64,000 nt of DNA, taken from NCBI GenBank assembly GCA_051294905.1, contig CM119371.1, forward strand, positions 124,001-188,000, written 5' to 3'. A program made the position numbers and the translations under genes. Of this stretch, positions 39,372-51,528 are shown in pieces. The number at the start of each line of letters is the position of its first letter. Within the stretch, counting starts at the first letter, position 1. This DNA comes from Botryllus schlosseri (taxonomy: Eukaryota). The notes below the pieces were generated by a model. That model was not told where the DNA came from and searched no databases. It worked only from the letters and a program-made list of their open reading frames with translations.

Positions 39372-40480
39372 CTGTGAAAATAAAATGTCAGTTACGTCAC
39401 AATCTGCACCAATAAGAAACACTCAGAGACACGATCATACATGAGCAGATTATTGTTAATCTACTGAAGGCTAGTGCGGGTGAAGCGATGGCTATGATGC
39501 TTGTCCGGTGGAAAATGCGATGTGAAAGAAACACAATCCTTATATTTTTGAAAGATGTAACCTAACATTTCGAATGGACTTGATAATCAAAGTACAGGGC
39601 CAACAATTTTTTATAAATTCATCATGTAAAAACTCTTCATTTATAAAATCAGCACAAGTTGTTAGCTTACTATTCTCAACAAAAGCATCTCGTCTTCATG
39701 ACGCTCATGATTACGTCATAATGTACATCCTGGCTACAGTACACCGCAAGGTCATCGTTGTACGTGCCTAGTGTAGCTGACAGCTTCGTACAGTAAAGTC
39801 AGTGAAATGAGCGAAACTTCATTCCAATCATTAGTATGGACTCGTTATCAAACTTGAATCATCTTGATATCAAACCTTGATGATGAAGTGCCCATCGACC
39901 ATTTCACCACTTATCTTGATGACATTTTCTTCGTTCTTCAATTCAAAAGGCCATCCATGTTGTCCTGCAGTCAGCTTGACAACCTGAATATTATCCAGAT
40001 GTGAAACTTGAGATTGTGCATTGTATCGATCATCCACCATCTTTCGTGACGTCATATCTTACATACAGTGACGACCGCAGCATCACAGATCATCATGTGC
40101 TGTACTTCATCGACACGGGTCACTGATTTTACTGACGTTTTGCCGGTGGCGGCATTTTGTGACTTAAGTGGCTCGATATGTCCAAACATACTCGTTTATA
40201 TGAGTTAAGAAGTATGATGGCGGAATCCGTAGTAAAAGTATGAGTATGGAGACGAACATATTTTGGGCAATATAGTTGACCTTTAATCAAATCGTAAGCA
40301 CCCGGAACCGTGTTACTGCATTGACACGAATTCATGAGCTAATTTTATCTTTTTAATCGTAGAGCGATAATTGACAGTTTCCTGTTGTGAGCATGCAAAT
40401 CAGAATTACTCCATGGACATCATAGTGAGTCCTATATTACAAGGGTAATAAAACAGTGCAGTCAAAAACGCTGTTATAAT

Positions 40481-40979
40481 TCGGGCTGGCCACGATGATT
40501 CGAGTGCTCAAATCTGAATCGAATATTAATTTTAATGATTCAAGTCGAGTAGTAAAAGTCGATTTTCTCAAGTACCGAAATTGTGCAAAAATTGACAAAA
40601 ATTGTAGTTTTGACAATATTTTTCACTTTTGAAGCCTTGAAATCACGATTGGTCGCATAGCAGCAAATCAAACATATGGTACAAAGCTACGAACGTTACT
40701 GGAATAACATATTTTCAAAGTCATGATCATCGCCCAAAATTGCCACAGACTTCAATGAAATTGGTATGTTCGAAAAAATACCGAAGTATCTTCATTGTGA
40801 TGCATAACAACAGGCATTATATTATTTAAGGTGACATAGAAGGTACATAATTAAACTTTTACATATTACATTCTGTTATGATGTCATATCCAGTAATACT
40901 GGAATAGTCGACTTGACTTAAAAGCTTTATATGTGATTTAGAATCGAACCACTCAGATACTCGATTTTTCCCAGCCCTA
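40481..40979. mobile_element. hAT-type MITE (499 bp)
   Basis: TCGGGCTGG...CCAGCCCTA; perfect 8-bp TSD GTTATAAT (40473-40480 and 40980-40987). Confidence 0.8.
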
Positions 40980-41484
40980 GTTATAATCAGGAAGTAATTT
41001 CGCTATGTAATGTCAAAATCATTGTGTTGGCCTGAAAGTCAGATGCGCACTTTGTTGGTCAGGAGTAGTAATATTCTGTTGCACACTTATTCATGTCAAC
41101 ATGCACACTCCTGAATTTTGACGATGCTGACAATGTTACTATTTATTTACGCAGTGCATTTCGTAGGGGCGCGTTTGATTACGAAAATGTGCCATAATTT
41201 TTCAAAAATATTGATGAACAATTCGATCATTGCCAGACTGACTGGTATCGATCACACCAATATCAAATCTCATCACATTGCATTCATTTTATCCATGGTC
41301 AATGTAGTAGAAAGTTGATATTTGTTGATGAGGTCGTGACATTAGCTCAGCGCTCTTATTTATGCCAATACTTTACATAATCCGCCATTTCACCAAATTC
41401 GATTACATAGCTCGATATTAATGACACAATGCGGTTATTAAAACATCATATCAGTGGGTAAATACTCTACGGCTTCGGGATGAG

Positions 41485-42335
41485 TAGTACTGGTAAAAAA
41501 ATTCTTCAGAATTAACTGGCTATATGATAAAATTGTTAGGTTGGTTGAAAAACGCTGTAAACCAAATTTGGCTTCAAGTCCAACCAGTAGAAGCAAGATT
41601 CTTGCTGTAAAAAGTTTTGAAATTATAATTTAAAAAAATTCAAAGTTTTTCTTTCAACCGCATAAAATTGTTAGTTAATCAGTAGTGATGATGCATACCA
41701 AATTTGGCTCAATTCCAACCGCTAAGAGCAAACTTATTGCCACAGTAAAATTTTCAATTCCGTGATTTTATAGGAAATAATTATAGCTTTCAATACAACA
41801 TCCATTGTAGTACAATATTTAAACTCAGTAAAGGGCACAGTAAAGGGATTTAAATGGATTTAGAATCAAAACCAAATCTGTTCAACTCCCTTCAGTGTGC
41901 CGTTAACTCTTGAAAGAGGCAACAAAAAGTCTTAGAGTTCAATAAATATTCTGCAACAATGGATTTTGTATTGAAAGCTATATTCACGTTCTGTACCACG
42001 AATAAGCTATTTGAGTAAATGTTTAAAGAGTTAGCTACCGTAAAATTATTTTATTCGAGTCCAAATTTTTTCTACCGCAATAACTTCGCTTCTAGTGGTT
42101 GGAATTGAGCCACATTTGGCGTGCATCGTCTCTACTGACAGCCCAACAATTTTACGTTGTTGAGAGAAAAATTTTAAAATTTAAATTTTTAATGATAAAT
42201 CCAAAATTTTCTACTGCAAGAAAATCGCTTCTACTGGTTGCAATTGACCTAAAGTTGGCGTGCAGCGTTGTTTTCGCCAGCACAACAATTTTATAACACA
42301 GCCAAAGAATTCTGAAGGTTTTTTGAACAGCCCTA
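41485..42335. mobile_element. Older foldback MITE related to 60182-60847
   Basis: Imperfect palindrome with TTCAGAATT / AATTCTGAA near the ends and CCAAATTTGGCTCAATTCCAACC motifs shared with the 60-kb element; right end AACAGCCCTA. Confidence 0.65.
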
Positions 42336-43982
42336 ATGCAGAGAATGTATGTATAATGCTTTCTATGACTATGGCGTCACCAATCATGTGCGATTGTCAC
42401 GTCACAAGTCTCCGCATACCCACATAAAATTATAGTGCCTTGTTAGTACACAACTAAATCATAGAATCGATCTCACTTCCCAATCCAATTTTCCAGATAG
42501 CGATTCAATCCGACGATGTCCGAGAAGTGAACGCAGTGCTGTTGCTGAGAAATTATTGTAACACGAATTCACTTCCTTCACCTGGAATGATGAATGAAAT
42601 ATGAATACAATGCCTGCCAATATCATGTTAAACAACCGTAGCTTTGCACAGACTTATTCAGGGCATATTTTGGAAGCTGAGTATGTTCAACATCATTGCG
42701 ATCCCCATAATAAAGGCAAACGATCCTACGTTTAGCGCCACGGTCTTTTACTAATCCATTCAAACAGCTTCAATCAATTCTAGGAACACACCGTACTCTA
42801 TAATTGAGATTACGATTTGATTAAAGTGAATGATGGCTAATTTTATTCACTTTCGCTTTCATTTTTGCGAGCGAGGCGGCCACAGTAGGATCAACTGTAA
42901 TTTGTAATTGAGCTGCATGTAATTAATTATATTTTTTCATGTTATTTTAATTGTCGTTGAAGCATTTCTATTCTGTGTAATTGTAATTGTAATTTGATAA
43001 AAATTTACTAATTACAATTTCAATTGCATTGTTATTGAAACCTGACAATCACAACATAAAATAAGTAGCCCATTAACATGGGTGTTCTATGCGTACCTCG
43101 TTAACTAATGCAGTCATACTAAACTGTTTCCCATAGGTCAACTTCAGCTCTAACAGAAAACTTGGTGAATTACAATATAGGCTATTGAACCAAATCTTAC
43201 TATTTCATAAATGGACGAAAAGCAAATAAACTCTTCTGTAACCTGTGCTCAACCATTTCCTACACCACGGTCAGTGTTTTTTTAAATCTCTTTCCAGTAC
43301 TGAGGCTTGCTGCAGCAATTGCAAAAAGAAATTCAAGTTTTCAACCAAGACTTCATCACGCTAGATCACACATTTGTAGAGATGTTATCCCAGTCTTATC
43401 TCCTATCTTAGCTTAATTTACTGGGGCCAGAACCTTTCCGCATCCTAATGTTCATCAAATGCAGTCGAACAGTTTTGAGCAAGTGAAAATGTAACTGCAA
43501 ACCAAGATTTTGTAATTGGTAGTTATCAGGAGCTTCTTTACTTTGCAGTTATTTTAATTTTACACACCTTATCGGTATCATCCTTATTGCCTTACCAATT
43601 ACATTTCATTCACCTTACTCAGCTCTCTGTATTCGTTTGAGTACATTTCATTGACTGTCTTGTATCCTATTCGCTATTAGTCGTTGCCAGTCGCTCGAAC
43701 TTTTGATTGTTAGTAGTCGCTTATAAAAATTTATTTTTTTGTATTTCTCAGAGCTCATGATTAGGAATAGTTCGAATACGTTCATGTTATTTTTCTAATT
43801 AAAGGGTATTCTACGTACTGTACTACGAATCATGAATGAAACATGAATAACTTAAGATTTTCGCTAAATACGTCGCTACAGTTATCAAAAAGCACCTCTC
43901 TACCGAATCAGTCAGACTTTTACCAGTAGTTGCAATTATAATTGTACTTACTTACATGTTTAACAGTAATTGTAATTGTAGT

Positions 43983-44534
43983 CAGGGTTCTAAGACTCGA
44001 GTCACGATTTCCTGATGACTCGACTTGACTCGGGCCATTTTCGCAAAATTCTGAAATGATTCGACTCAACTCGAGTCAATCTGTGGATTGACTCAACTTG
44101 AAATCGAGTCATTACGCATGACTCGAACCGAGTCATATGACTCGAGACTCAGACGGCCAAGATCGACATTTCATTGTAATTTCAAAGAATAGTAAAGTGA
44201 CCATACAATCGTGATTTTGTCTATGGGTACTGGTAACTTGAAAATGCGACCAGAAACTGCTTCAAGTGAGGAAAATTAATATATTATGAATGTGAACCAT
44301 TCGATATCAACAAATTGGGGTATAATAAATGGGTTACCAAGACTTTAACTGGAAGCTGAGCCGTCAACACAATGACTTGGACTCGAGTCATAATGCCATG
44401 ACTCGGACTCCACCCTCTGATCACTGACCTGGACTCGGTGGTGAGTTGAAAATGACTCGACTTGACTCGAGTCAAAACTATGAAAATGAGATTAACTTGT
44501 TACTCGGAGCCTTTGTGACTAGGTTACAACCCTG
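43983..44534. mobile_element. hAT-type MITE with GACTCGAGTC arrays, nested in a GTAATT-rich older repeat (~42880-44647)
   Basis: CAGGGTT...AACCCTG; TSD ATTGTAGT/ATCGTAGT (7 of 8 match). Confidence 0.75.
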
Positions 44535-45598
44535 ATCGTAGTTGTAATTTGATATTTTTAGCATGGAGTAATTTTAATAATAATGTAATCAAACATGTAA
44601 TAAAGTAATTGTACTTGAATTGAATTAATGTAATTGATCCAACTCTGGAGGTTGCCCTATATTTAAATTAATACACAGTGTAGGCCTAGTAAAGAAAAAA
44701 TTTCAGTAGCAATAATCTGCTATTATTGTTTATGTTTATTTGGAAAAGATTTTGAGCGTACATCAAGCCTTCGAAATTGCGGACTTGGAGCCATATATTA
44801 GAATTTCCTTCTGGACACAACTTTAACAGTGAAGTTCCGAACATGTCCGGGAAAATCCGGACGTATGGCAATCCGAATGTATACCTCAATCCACAATCGT
44901 GGCAATACAAGTCTCATATTCGAAATAACTTGGAAATTCGGAAAACATCTCTGCGCACTTTTTTCAAAAAAAACAATGTTATTGTGATGCAACGATGCGC
45001 TCAGAAAATATCCACACAGCACTGTGATGATCGAAATAAGTGGTGTCGAAGAAAACAAATGTTGTGTAATATTCATGGGCCAAATTATACCCACTCAAGT
45101 GGCGAAATGTGCGCATAGTTTACAGGTTTATGTAAATGTATCGCCAAGTAGTTCTCCATAGAAGCGAAAACGCAATGCAAAACTGTTATATTCAGGTCAC
45201 ACGGAGAATAAAATGTGACACAAATATAGTTCTGATATATTTTTTTGCAGCGCTATGTCAGTTTTGGGTAAACCGGTCCCTGGCACCCAGAAATGGGTTT
45301 GAATATTGTTGAACCAAATTCCAACGTCACCATTTATCTATCTTATTCCTCACAACGTATAGTCACTACAGTTTTCACGACTCCGACTCCATCGCGGGAA
45401 AATTAGTCAAACTCCGACTCTGACTTCACAGCCCTGGTTACAACCCTGTCATAATCCCGACTCAAATTACCCCATGTTCCATGTTATTTTATTTCGATTA
45501 TAGACATAGAATACAACGAACCTAGGCTAACCACGACGAACAGATGAACACTAAACAGCTTTCAAGGTAACCGCAATTTATATACATCCCATAGTTTT

Positions 45599-45642
45599 AG
45601 TAGAAGTAGTAGTAGTAGTAGAAGTAGTAGTAGAAGTAGTAG
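45599..45642 (+). repeat. Imperfect (AGT)n microsatellite
   Basis: Read directly. Confidence 0.9.
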
Positions 45643-46442
45643 TTTTAGATTGAAATATTTAATTACAAATTCCCAGCAACTTTTCGCCGTCCGTATATTT
45701 CTCCCGCGGCCCTTCAAATGCCAAGGTCTGCTCTAAGATACTGTAATCTATAAGCTTTGGGGGAACCCATAATTTTCAGTCAGTCACAACAACTAAACCA
45801 AACCCAGTACACAATCAGCACACATTTATTACATTACTTGCATTGTGCGTCCGGTTAGTTGTGCTTTAGCTAGTTGCGAATTTTAAAAGGTCATTTGTTC
45901 TCGTTGGTGTTGCATTTAAAACAAACGGGGTTTTAAAAAACATTGTCTAAAACATGTTTTAAACAGTGTTGTAAACAGAAGTCGTTAGAAATAAAATTGT
46001 GTAAAGTTATGCCATAGGTGCGTGAATAGTTTCCAAAAAACATTGTATGAGCCAAAGAACAATTACGACCCAATACAGCCGACGTATATCGATATTGTAT
46101 GGCTGGAACTCTAAAAATAGGCGGGTCAACAGTAATAGCACTTATATTTCGACAGAGGAACTATATTCATCCTATATTTTCAATTGTCGATGCCAATCCA
46201 TTATGACGTCACAAATGAATATTCGTGAAGTCGTCACTTGAAATAAAATAAAAAACATGCTTTAAACTAGGGCTTTGTTTAAATCATGTTAGTTTTAAAT
46301 TGATTTTTGTTTTAAATGGAGCACTAGTTTTAGTTATAGTTCTAGTTGTAGGTTTTGAAAGTGAGAATTTATAACGAATTTTTTTTAAACTTCAAAAATG
46401 ATTATTGCTTTCACAACTACATTCATTGCAGTAAAGAATTTA

Positions 46443-46490
46443 TTAACTCGAAGACTTTTCCTGTGCCCCTTATCGAGAGTTAACGGCACA
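46443..46490 (-). ncRNA. Variant hammerhead-like motif, mutated copy
   Basis: Mirror of 51481-51528, but with GGCACAG-GAAA, which loses the G10.1-C11.1 pair. Confidence 0.5.
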
Positions 46491-46672
46491 ATAATAAGCA
46501 TACAGAGAGAGATTCAAACGAAAACCAAATTGGCAAAGTATGACGTAATAATACAATAAAAAATTAACGCTAGGCAAAGTCAGCTGTACCGGTAGTCATA
46601 GCAAGAGAAGAGAGAAAATCAAATTATACTATAATACACGGAAGACAACACACAGACAATTAGCGGTATATA

Positions 46673-49600
46673 TTAATGGGAAATTTTGAGATTATATAGA
46701 AACTCATTCTGCCTACATAAATCCGGATTGGTCAATTTTATTAAGGTTGACTCCAAGACAGACAGATGGAAGGCAGATCTGCATCTAGCAATCACAGTGA
46801 ACATACTGTCATTGTAATGACTGGCACACACCGGGTAGTTCATTAAATGTTGACCAATTGCAGAGTTGAACGCTGAGACCTGGTCATAGGAATTAGAGTC
46901 AACCGCTTCCTTACACCGACGAACAAGTGCAGATCGATCGATAGGTTTGTTTGCTGACCTAATTGATTTAGGCACATGTTGGTTCACTCGTTCTGCCAAC
47001 CGCAAAGATGTGCGACCCACATACCGACTATCACAGTGGCATTGGAATTTATATACAATATTACTTGTTTGTAAAGCAGGGAGCACATCCTTGCGAGTTT
47101 GTGGCATGAGCGGCCTAGTCATGAACACCACTCGGGTATTTAGCATAAAATAGCACGATTGCACTGATGACCGAATTTGATTAGAAAAGCCGACTGACAC
47201 TGACCCAAGCCAAGAGAGATGTATGTATACTAGGGTTGTCTAGATTTGGGCACTTTTTTTGAAATCTTGTTTTGCGTAATTGCACATGATAGTTTAGTGC
47301 ATAAAAACACCTCCAAAAGCGATTTTGGTCATTTTCATCGCGATCTTCCTTGCGCGCAAAGCACCCAAAGACCCACGGGCGAATTCTCCTTACTACCGAC
47401 GATTCACCGTTCCTGGCTTGTAGCTTTTGTCAAGTTTGCGGCCGAGTAGAGCTGGGAAATATCAGGTTGAATTATCTTTTTGACGATTGAACATACTTAC
47501 ATTCCTATACATTCCAAATGTGGTTCACCTTCCCGTATTTGGCATAGTTAGCCGCATGGTAGGCCTATGTATGAACGAATACAGGCATTTTCAGCTTGAC
47601 TCAGTCAATGTGAATCAAAGACATATCGTATATGAATGCAATTTCATATTTATAGTAGCTCCAATTCACCTAATCCGCATCAGGTTTGCAGTATTTAATG
47701 CGTCTGAAGGAATGTTGCCCCCCCCCCCCCCCCGAACACAAAAACTCAGGCCTGTAACGTCCAAGACGTTGTCACAGTAGCGAATACAGCCAAAATGCCT
47801 AGGTAGGCTACATTGTGCAAATGTCAAAAGCTCACGATGCTAGGCTTCTTCTCAAAAGATCATTGTAGTTGAGTCTAAATGGGGGTCCTGATCCTCAACT
47901 AACAATGCATTCTGTCAGAAAACGTCCTCGGTGTTCTTACGGAAACAGAAACAATAATCTCAATACGTAGTTGTGAGCACATACCAAAGTGGGGGACGAC
48001 AATGACTAATATGCCATTTTGTTAGTAGTGTTAAAGTCGTTAATGACGCTGCTGAACGAGGAGTTTAACTCAACACCGACTTTTGCTTCGATCATCACAG
48101 ATGAAGAGCGCCAAAAGAAAAGTCTGCTGCAAGTTGTTGAGCTACATTATCAGAAGTATGACAACTTCAATAAACCAACATTGAAATCCTATAAGCCTGC
48201 CTTAGACTAGAGCCCGTTGTTATCCACTTTTTGTTTTACGCTTACCCAATTCTCAATGTGCTTTAATGATAATAACTGTCTTTTCATCCTTCACAATTGT
48301 CTCAAGTCACGTAAATGGTCGGCCTACTATGTCCGGATTTGTGTTTAGCCTTATTCTGCTTTTCAAGTCTGATAAGGCAAATTTCCTTACAATAAATCAT
48401 CAAGTTTCAGAAACATTGTCTGTGCCAGATTTTTTTTTAATTCAGTCGTAAGCACATACCATAGTGGGTGACGACAATGACCAATATGTATTGAGATTAT
48501 TGTTTCTATTCCCGTAAGAACACCGTGGACGTTTTCTTACAGAATGCGTTGGTAGTTGAGGATCAGGACCCCCATTTAGATTTAACTGTCATGATATTTT
48601 GAGAAGAAGCCTAGTGTCGTCAGCTTTTGACATTTGTACAATGTAGCTAGTATTCCGGCCGTATTCGTTACTGTGACAACGCCTTGGACAGTACAGGCCT
48701 GAGTTTTTGTGTTAGGAGGTGGGGGGGGGTCAACATTCCTTCAGACGCATTAAATACTGAAAACTTGATGCGGATTAGGTGAATTGGAGCTACTATAAAG
48801 ATGAAATTACATTCATACACAATATGTCTTTAATTAACATTTACCAAGTTAAAACAAGCTGAAAATGCCTGTATTCGTTCAAACATAGGCCTACCACGCG
48901 GCAACCTATGTCAAATACGGGAAGGTGAACCACATTTGGAATGTAAGTATGTTCAATCGTCAAAAATATAATTCAACCTGATATTTCCCAGGTCTACTCA
49001 GCCGTTTTCTACCGCAATCTTCACAAAAGCTACAAACCAGGAATGGTGAATCGTCGGTAGTAAGGAGAATTGGCCCGTGGGTCTTTGGGGGCTTTGCGCG
49101 CAAGGAAGATCGCGATGAAAATGACCAAAATCGCTTTTAGAAGTGTTTTTATGCACTAAACTATCATTTGGAATTACGCAAAACAATATTCCAAAAAAAA
49201 TGCCTAAATCTGAACAACCCTAATGTATACAGGGCATTTGTCTGGTCCATGAATTCGCGCCTGTTTGAATTGCGACATTTTCTTTGTGATGGCAGATTCA
49301 ATTACGTAGTCTGGATATCCATTGTCAATCAACATGGATTTGATTTTATCAATCTGTGCCACGAGCCGAACATCAGAGCATATTATTAGCGCACGGTGAA
49401 CTAATGACGAAATCAAATTTAATTTCCGTTGTTTAGGGCGAAATGAGTCCCAGCGAATATAGTGACCGGTAAACGTTGGTTTCCTATATACTGAAGTAAT
49501 GAAACCGAGGTTGCTCTTTTCCACCAATACGTCGAGAAAGGCGAGTGAGCTGCCAGACTCTTTTTCGATAGTGAAGTTTAGCGACTCGTGCAAGTTGTTT

Positions 49601-49791
49601 AGAGAAGCTAAGAAAACATTGCAATCGTCTTCACTGTCGAAAATTGCGAATGTGTCATCAACATATCTAACATACATGCGCGGTTTGATTACATTTAAGA
49701 AAAGTTTGCTTTCTTGGAAATCAACAAATATATTTGCCAAACTAGGCCCAAGGGGTGACCCCATTGCCAAACCATCTATTTGGAGATACAT
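46673..49791 (-). pseudogene. Inverted partial Penelope RT-EN ORF split by a nested hAT element
   Basis: 49791-49223 reads MYLQIDGLAMGSPL..YVDDTF..DKCPVY; 47222-46673 holds the GIY-YIG part. Nearly identical to the plus copy. Confidence 0.9.
47231..49222. mobile_element. Non-autonomous hAT-type foldback element (1,992 bp, ~735-bp imperfect TIRs)
   Basis: TAGGGTTGT...ACAACCCTA; perfect 8-bp TSD ATGTATAC (47223-47230 and 49223-49230). The empty site is present in the sister Penelope copy at ~50738. Confidence 0.92.
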
Positions 49792-51295
49792 GTATGGACT
49801 GCCGAAAGTTCATAAGAGCACCGCACCGCTTCGCCCGATATTATCGATGGTCGGCTCTGCGCAACATTGTTTGGCCAAATGGCTGAATACGGTAATCGAA
49901 CCTGTGCGTAAACTCTACTCTTCAAATTGCGTTATTGATTCATTCACCTTTGTTGACAACATCAGAAACTTTGATATAAATACCTCGAACTCATTCCTTA
50001 GCTCCTTTGATATCACCAGTCTCTTTACTAATGTCCCCTTGAGTGAAACATTCAATATCTGTGCCGATGCGCTGTATAATAATAGCTCATTACATCCACC
50101 TCCTTTTCCGCGGAATGTCTTCATTGAGCTACTTGAAACTGCCACCCGTTCGGTTGAATTTAGCTTCAACAACAACATGTATCTCCAAATAGATGGTTTG
50201 GCAATGGCGTCACCCCTTGGGCCTAGTTTGGCAAATATATTTGTTGGTTTCCAAGAAAGCAAACTTTTCTTAAATGTAATCAAACCGCGCATGTATGTTA
50301 GATATGTTGATGACACATTCGCAATTTTCGACAGTGAAGACGATTGCAATGTTTTCTTAGCTTCTCTAAACAACTTGCACGAGTCGCTAAACTTCACTAT
50401 CGAAAAAGAGTCTGACGGCTCACTCTCCTTTCTCGACGTAATGGTGGAAAAGAGCAACCTCGGTTTCATTACTTCAGTATATAGGAAACCAACGTTTACC
50501 GGTCACTATATTCGCTGGGACTCATTTTGCCCTAAACAACGGAAATTAAATTTGATTTCGTCATTAGTTCACCATGCGCTAATGATATGCTCTGATGTTC
50601 GGCTCGTGGCAGAGATTGATAAATTCAAATCCATGTTGATTGACAATGGATATCCAGACTACGTAATTGAATCTGCCATCACAAAGAAAATGTCGCAATT
50701 CAAACAGCCGCGAATTCATGGACCAGACAAATGCCCTGTATACATACATCTCCCTTGGCTTGGGTCAGTGTCAGTCGGCTTTTCTAATCAAATTCGGTCA
50801 TCAGTTCAATCGTGCTATTTTATGCTAAATACCCGAGTGGTGTTCATGACTAGGCCGCTCATGCCACAAACTCGCAAGCATGTGCTCCCTGCTTTACAAA
50901 CAAGTAATATTGTATATAAATTCCAATGCCACTGTGATAGTCGGTATGTGGGTCGCACATCTTTGCGGTTGGCTGAACGAGTGAACCAACATGTGCCTAA
51001 ATCAATTAGGTCAGTAAACAAACCTATCGATCGATCTGCACTTGTTCGTCGGTGTAAGGAAGCGGTTGACTCTAATTCCTATGACCAGGTCTCAGCGTTC
51101 AACTCTGCAATTGGTCAACATTTAATGAACTACCCGGTGTGTGCCAGTCATTACAATGACAGTATGTTCACTGTGATTGCTAGATGCAGATCTGCCTTCC
51201 ATCTGTCTGTCGTGGAGTCAACCTTAATAAAATTGACCAATCCGGATTTATGTAGGCAGAAAGAGTTTCTATATAATCTCAAAATTTCCCATTAA
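49790..51295 (+). CDS. 5'-truncated Penelope-like reverse transcriptase plus GIY-YIG endonuclease ORF
   Basis: Motifs YGLPKVHK..PLRPI, SFDITSLFTNVP, QIDGLAMASPL (the sister copy has MGSP), RYVDDTF, FLDV, VYRKPT, VYKFQCHCDSRYVGRT, SAIGQH. Confidence 0.93.
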   Translation: MYGLPKVHKSTAPLRPILSMVGSAQHCLAKWLNTVIEPVRKLYSSNCVIDSFTFVDNIRNFDINTSNSFLSSFDITSLFTNVPLSETFNICADALYNNSSLHPPPFPRNVFIELLETATRSVEFSFNNNMYLQIDGLAMASPLGPSLANIFVGFQESKLFLNVIKPRMYVRYVDDTFAIFDSEDDCNVFLASLNNLHESLNFTIEKESDGSLSFLDVMVEKSNLGFITSVYRKPTFTGHYIRWDSFCPKQRKLNLISSLVHHALMICSDVRLVAEIDKFKSMLIDNGYPDYVIESAITKKMSQFKQPRIHGPDKCPVYIHLPWLGSVSVGFSNQIRSSVQSCYFMLNTRVVFMTRPLMPQTRKHVLPALQTSNIVYKFQCHCDSRYVGRTSLRLAERVNQHVPKSIRSVNKPIDRSALVRRCKEAVDSNSYDQVSAFNSAIGQHLMNYPVCASHYNDSMFTVIARCRSAFHLSVVESTLIKLTNPDLCRQKEFLYNLKISH

Positions 51296-51480
51296 TATAT
51301 ACCGCTAATTGTCTGTGTGTTGTCTTCCGTGTATTATAGTATAATTTGATTTTCTCTCTTCTCTTGCTATGACTACCGGTACAGCTGACTTTGCCTAGCG
51401 TTAATTTTTTATTATTGTATTATTACGTCATACTTTGTCAATTTGGTTTTCGTTTGAATCTCTCTCTGTATGCTTATTAT

Positions 51481-51528
51481 TGTGCCGTTAACTCTCGATA
51501 AGGGGCACACGAAAAGTCTTCGAGTTAA
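51481..51528 (+). ncRNA. Minimal hammerhead ribozyme with variant core (UCGAUAA)
   Basis: TGTGCC G TTAACTC TCGATAA G GGGCACA C GAAA AGTCT TC GAGTTAA. 7-bp stem I, GAAA, UC site, in the pLTR position. Confidence 0.65.

Noticed and set aside
45599..45642. AGTAGT run as another Polinton terminus
   Set aside because: A simple microsatellite without the adjacent GATCGGTCGTGA motif or subterminal array.
49499..49789. N-terminal 97 aa of the 598-aa ORF
   Set aside because: It is the antisense reading of the inverted Penelope copy; RT homology starts at MYGLPK (49790).
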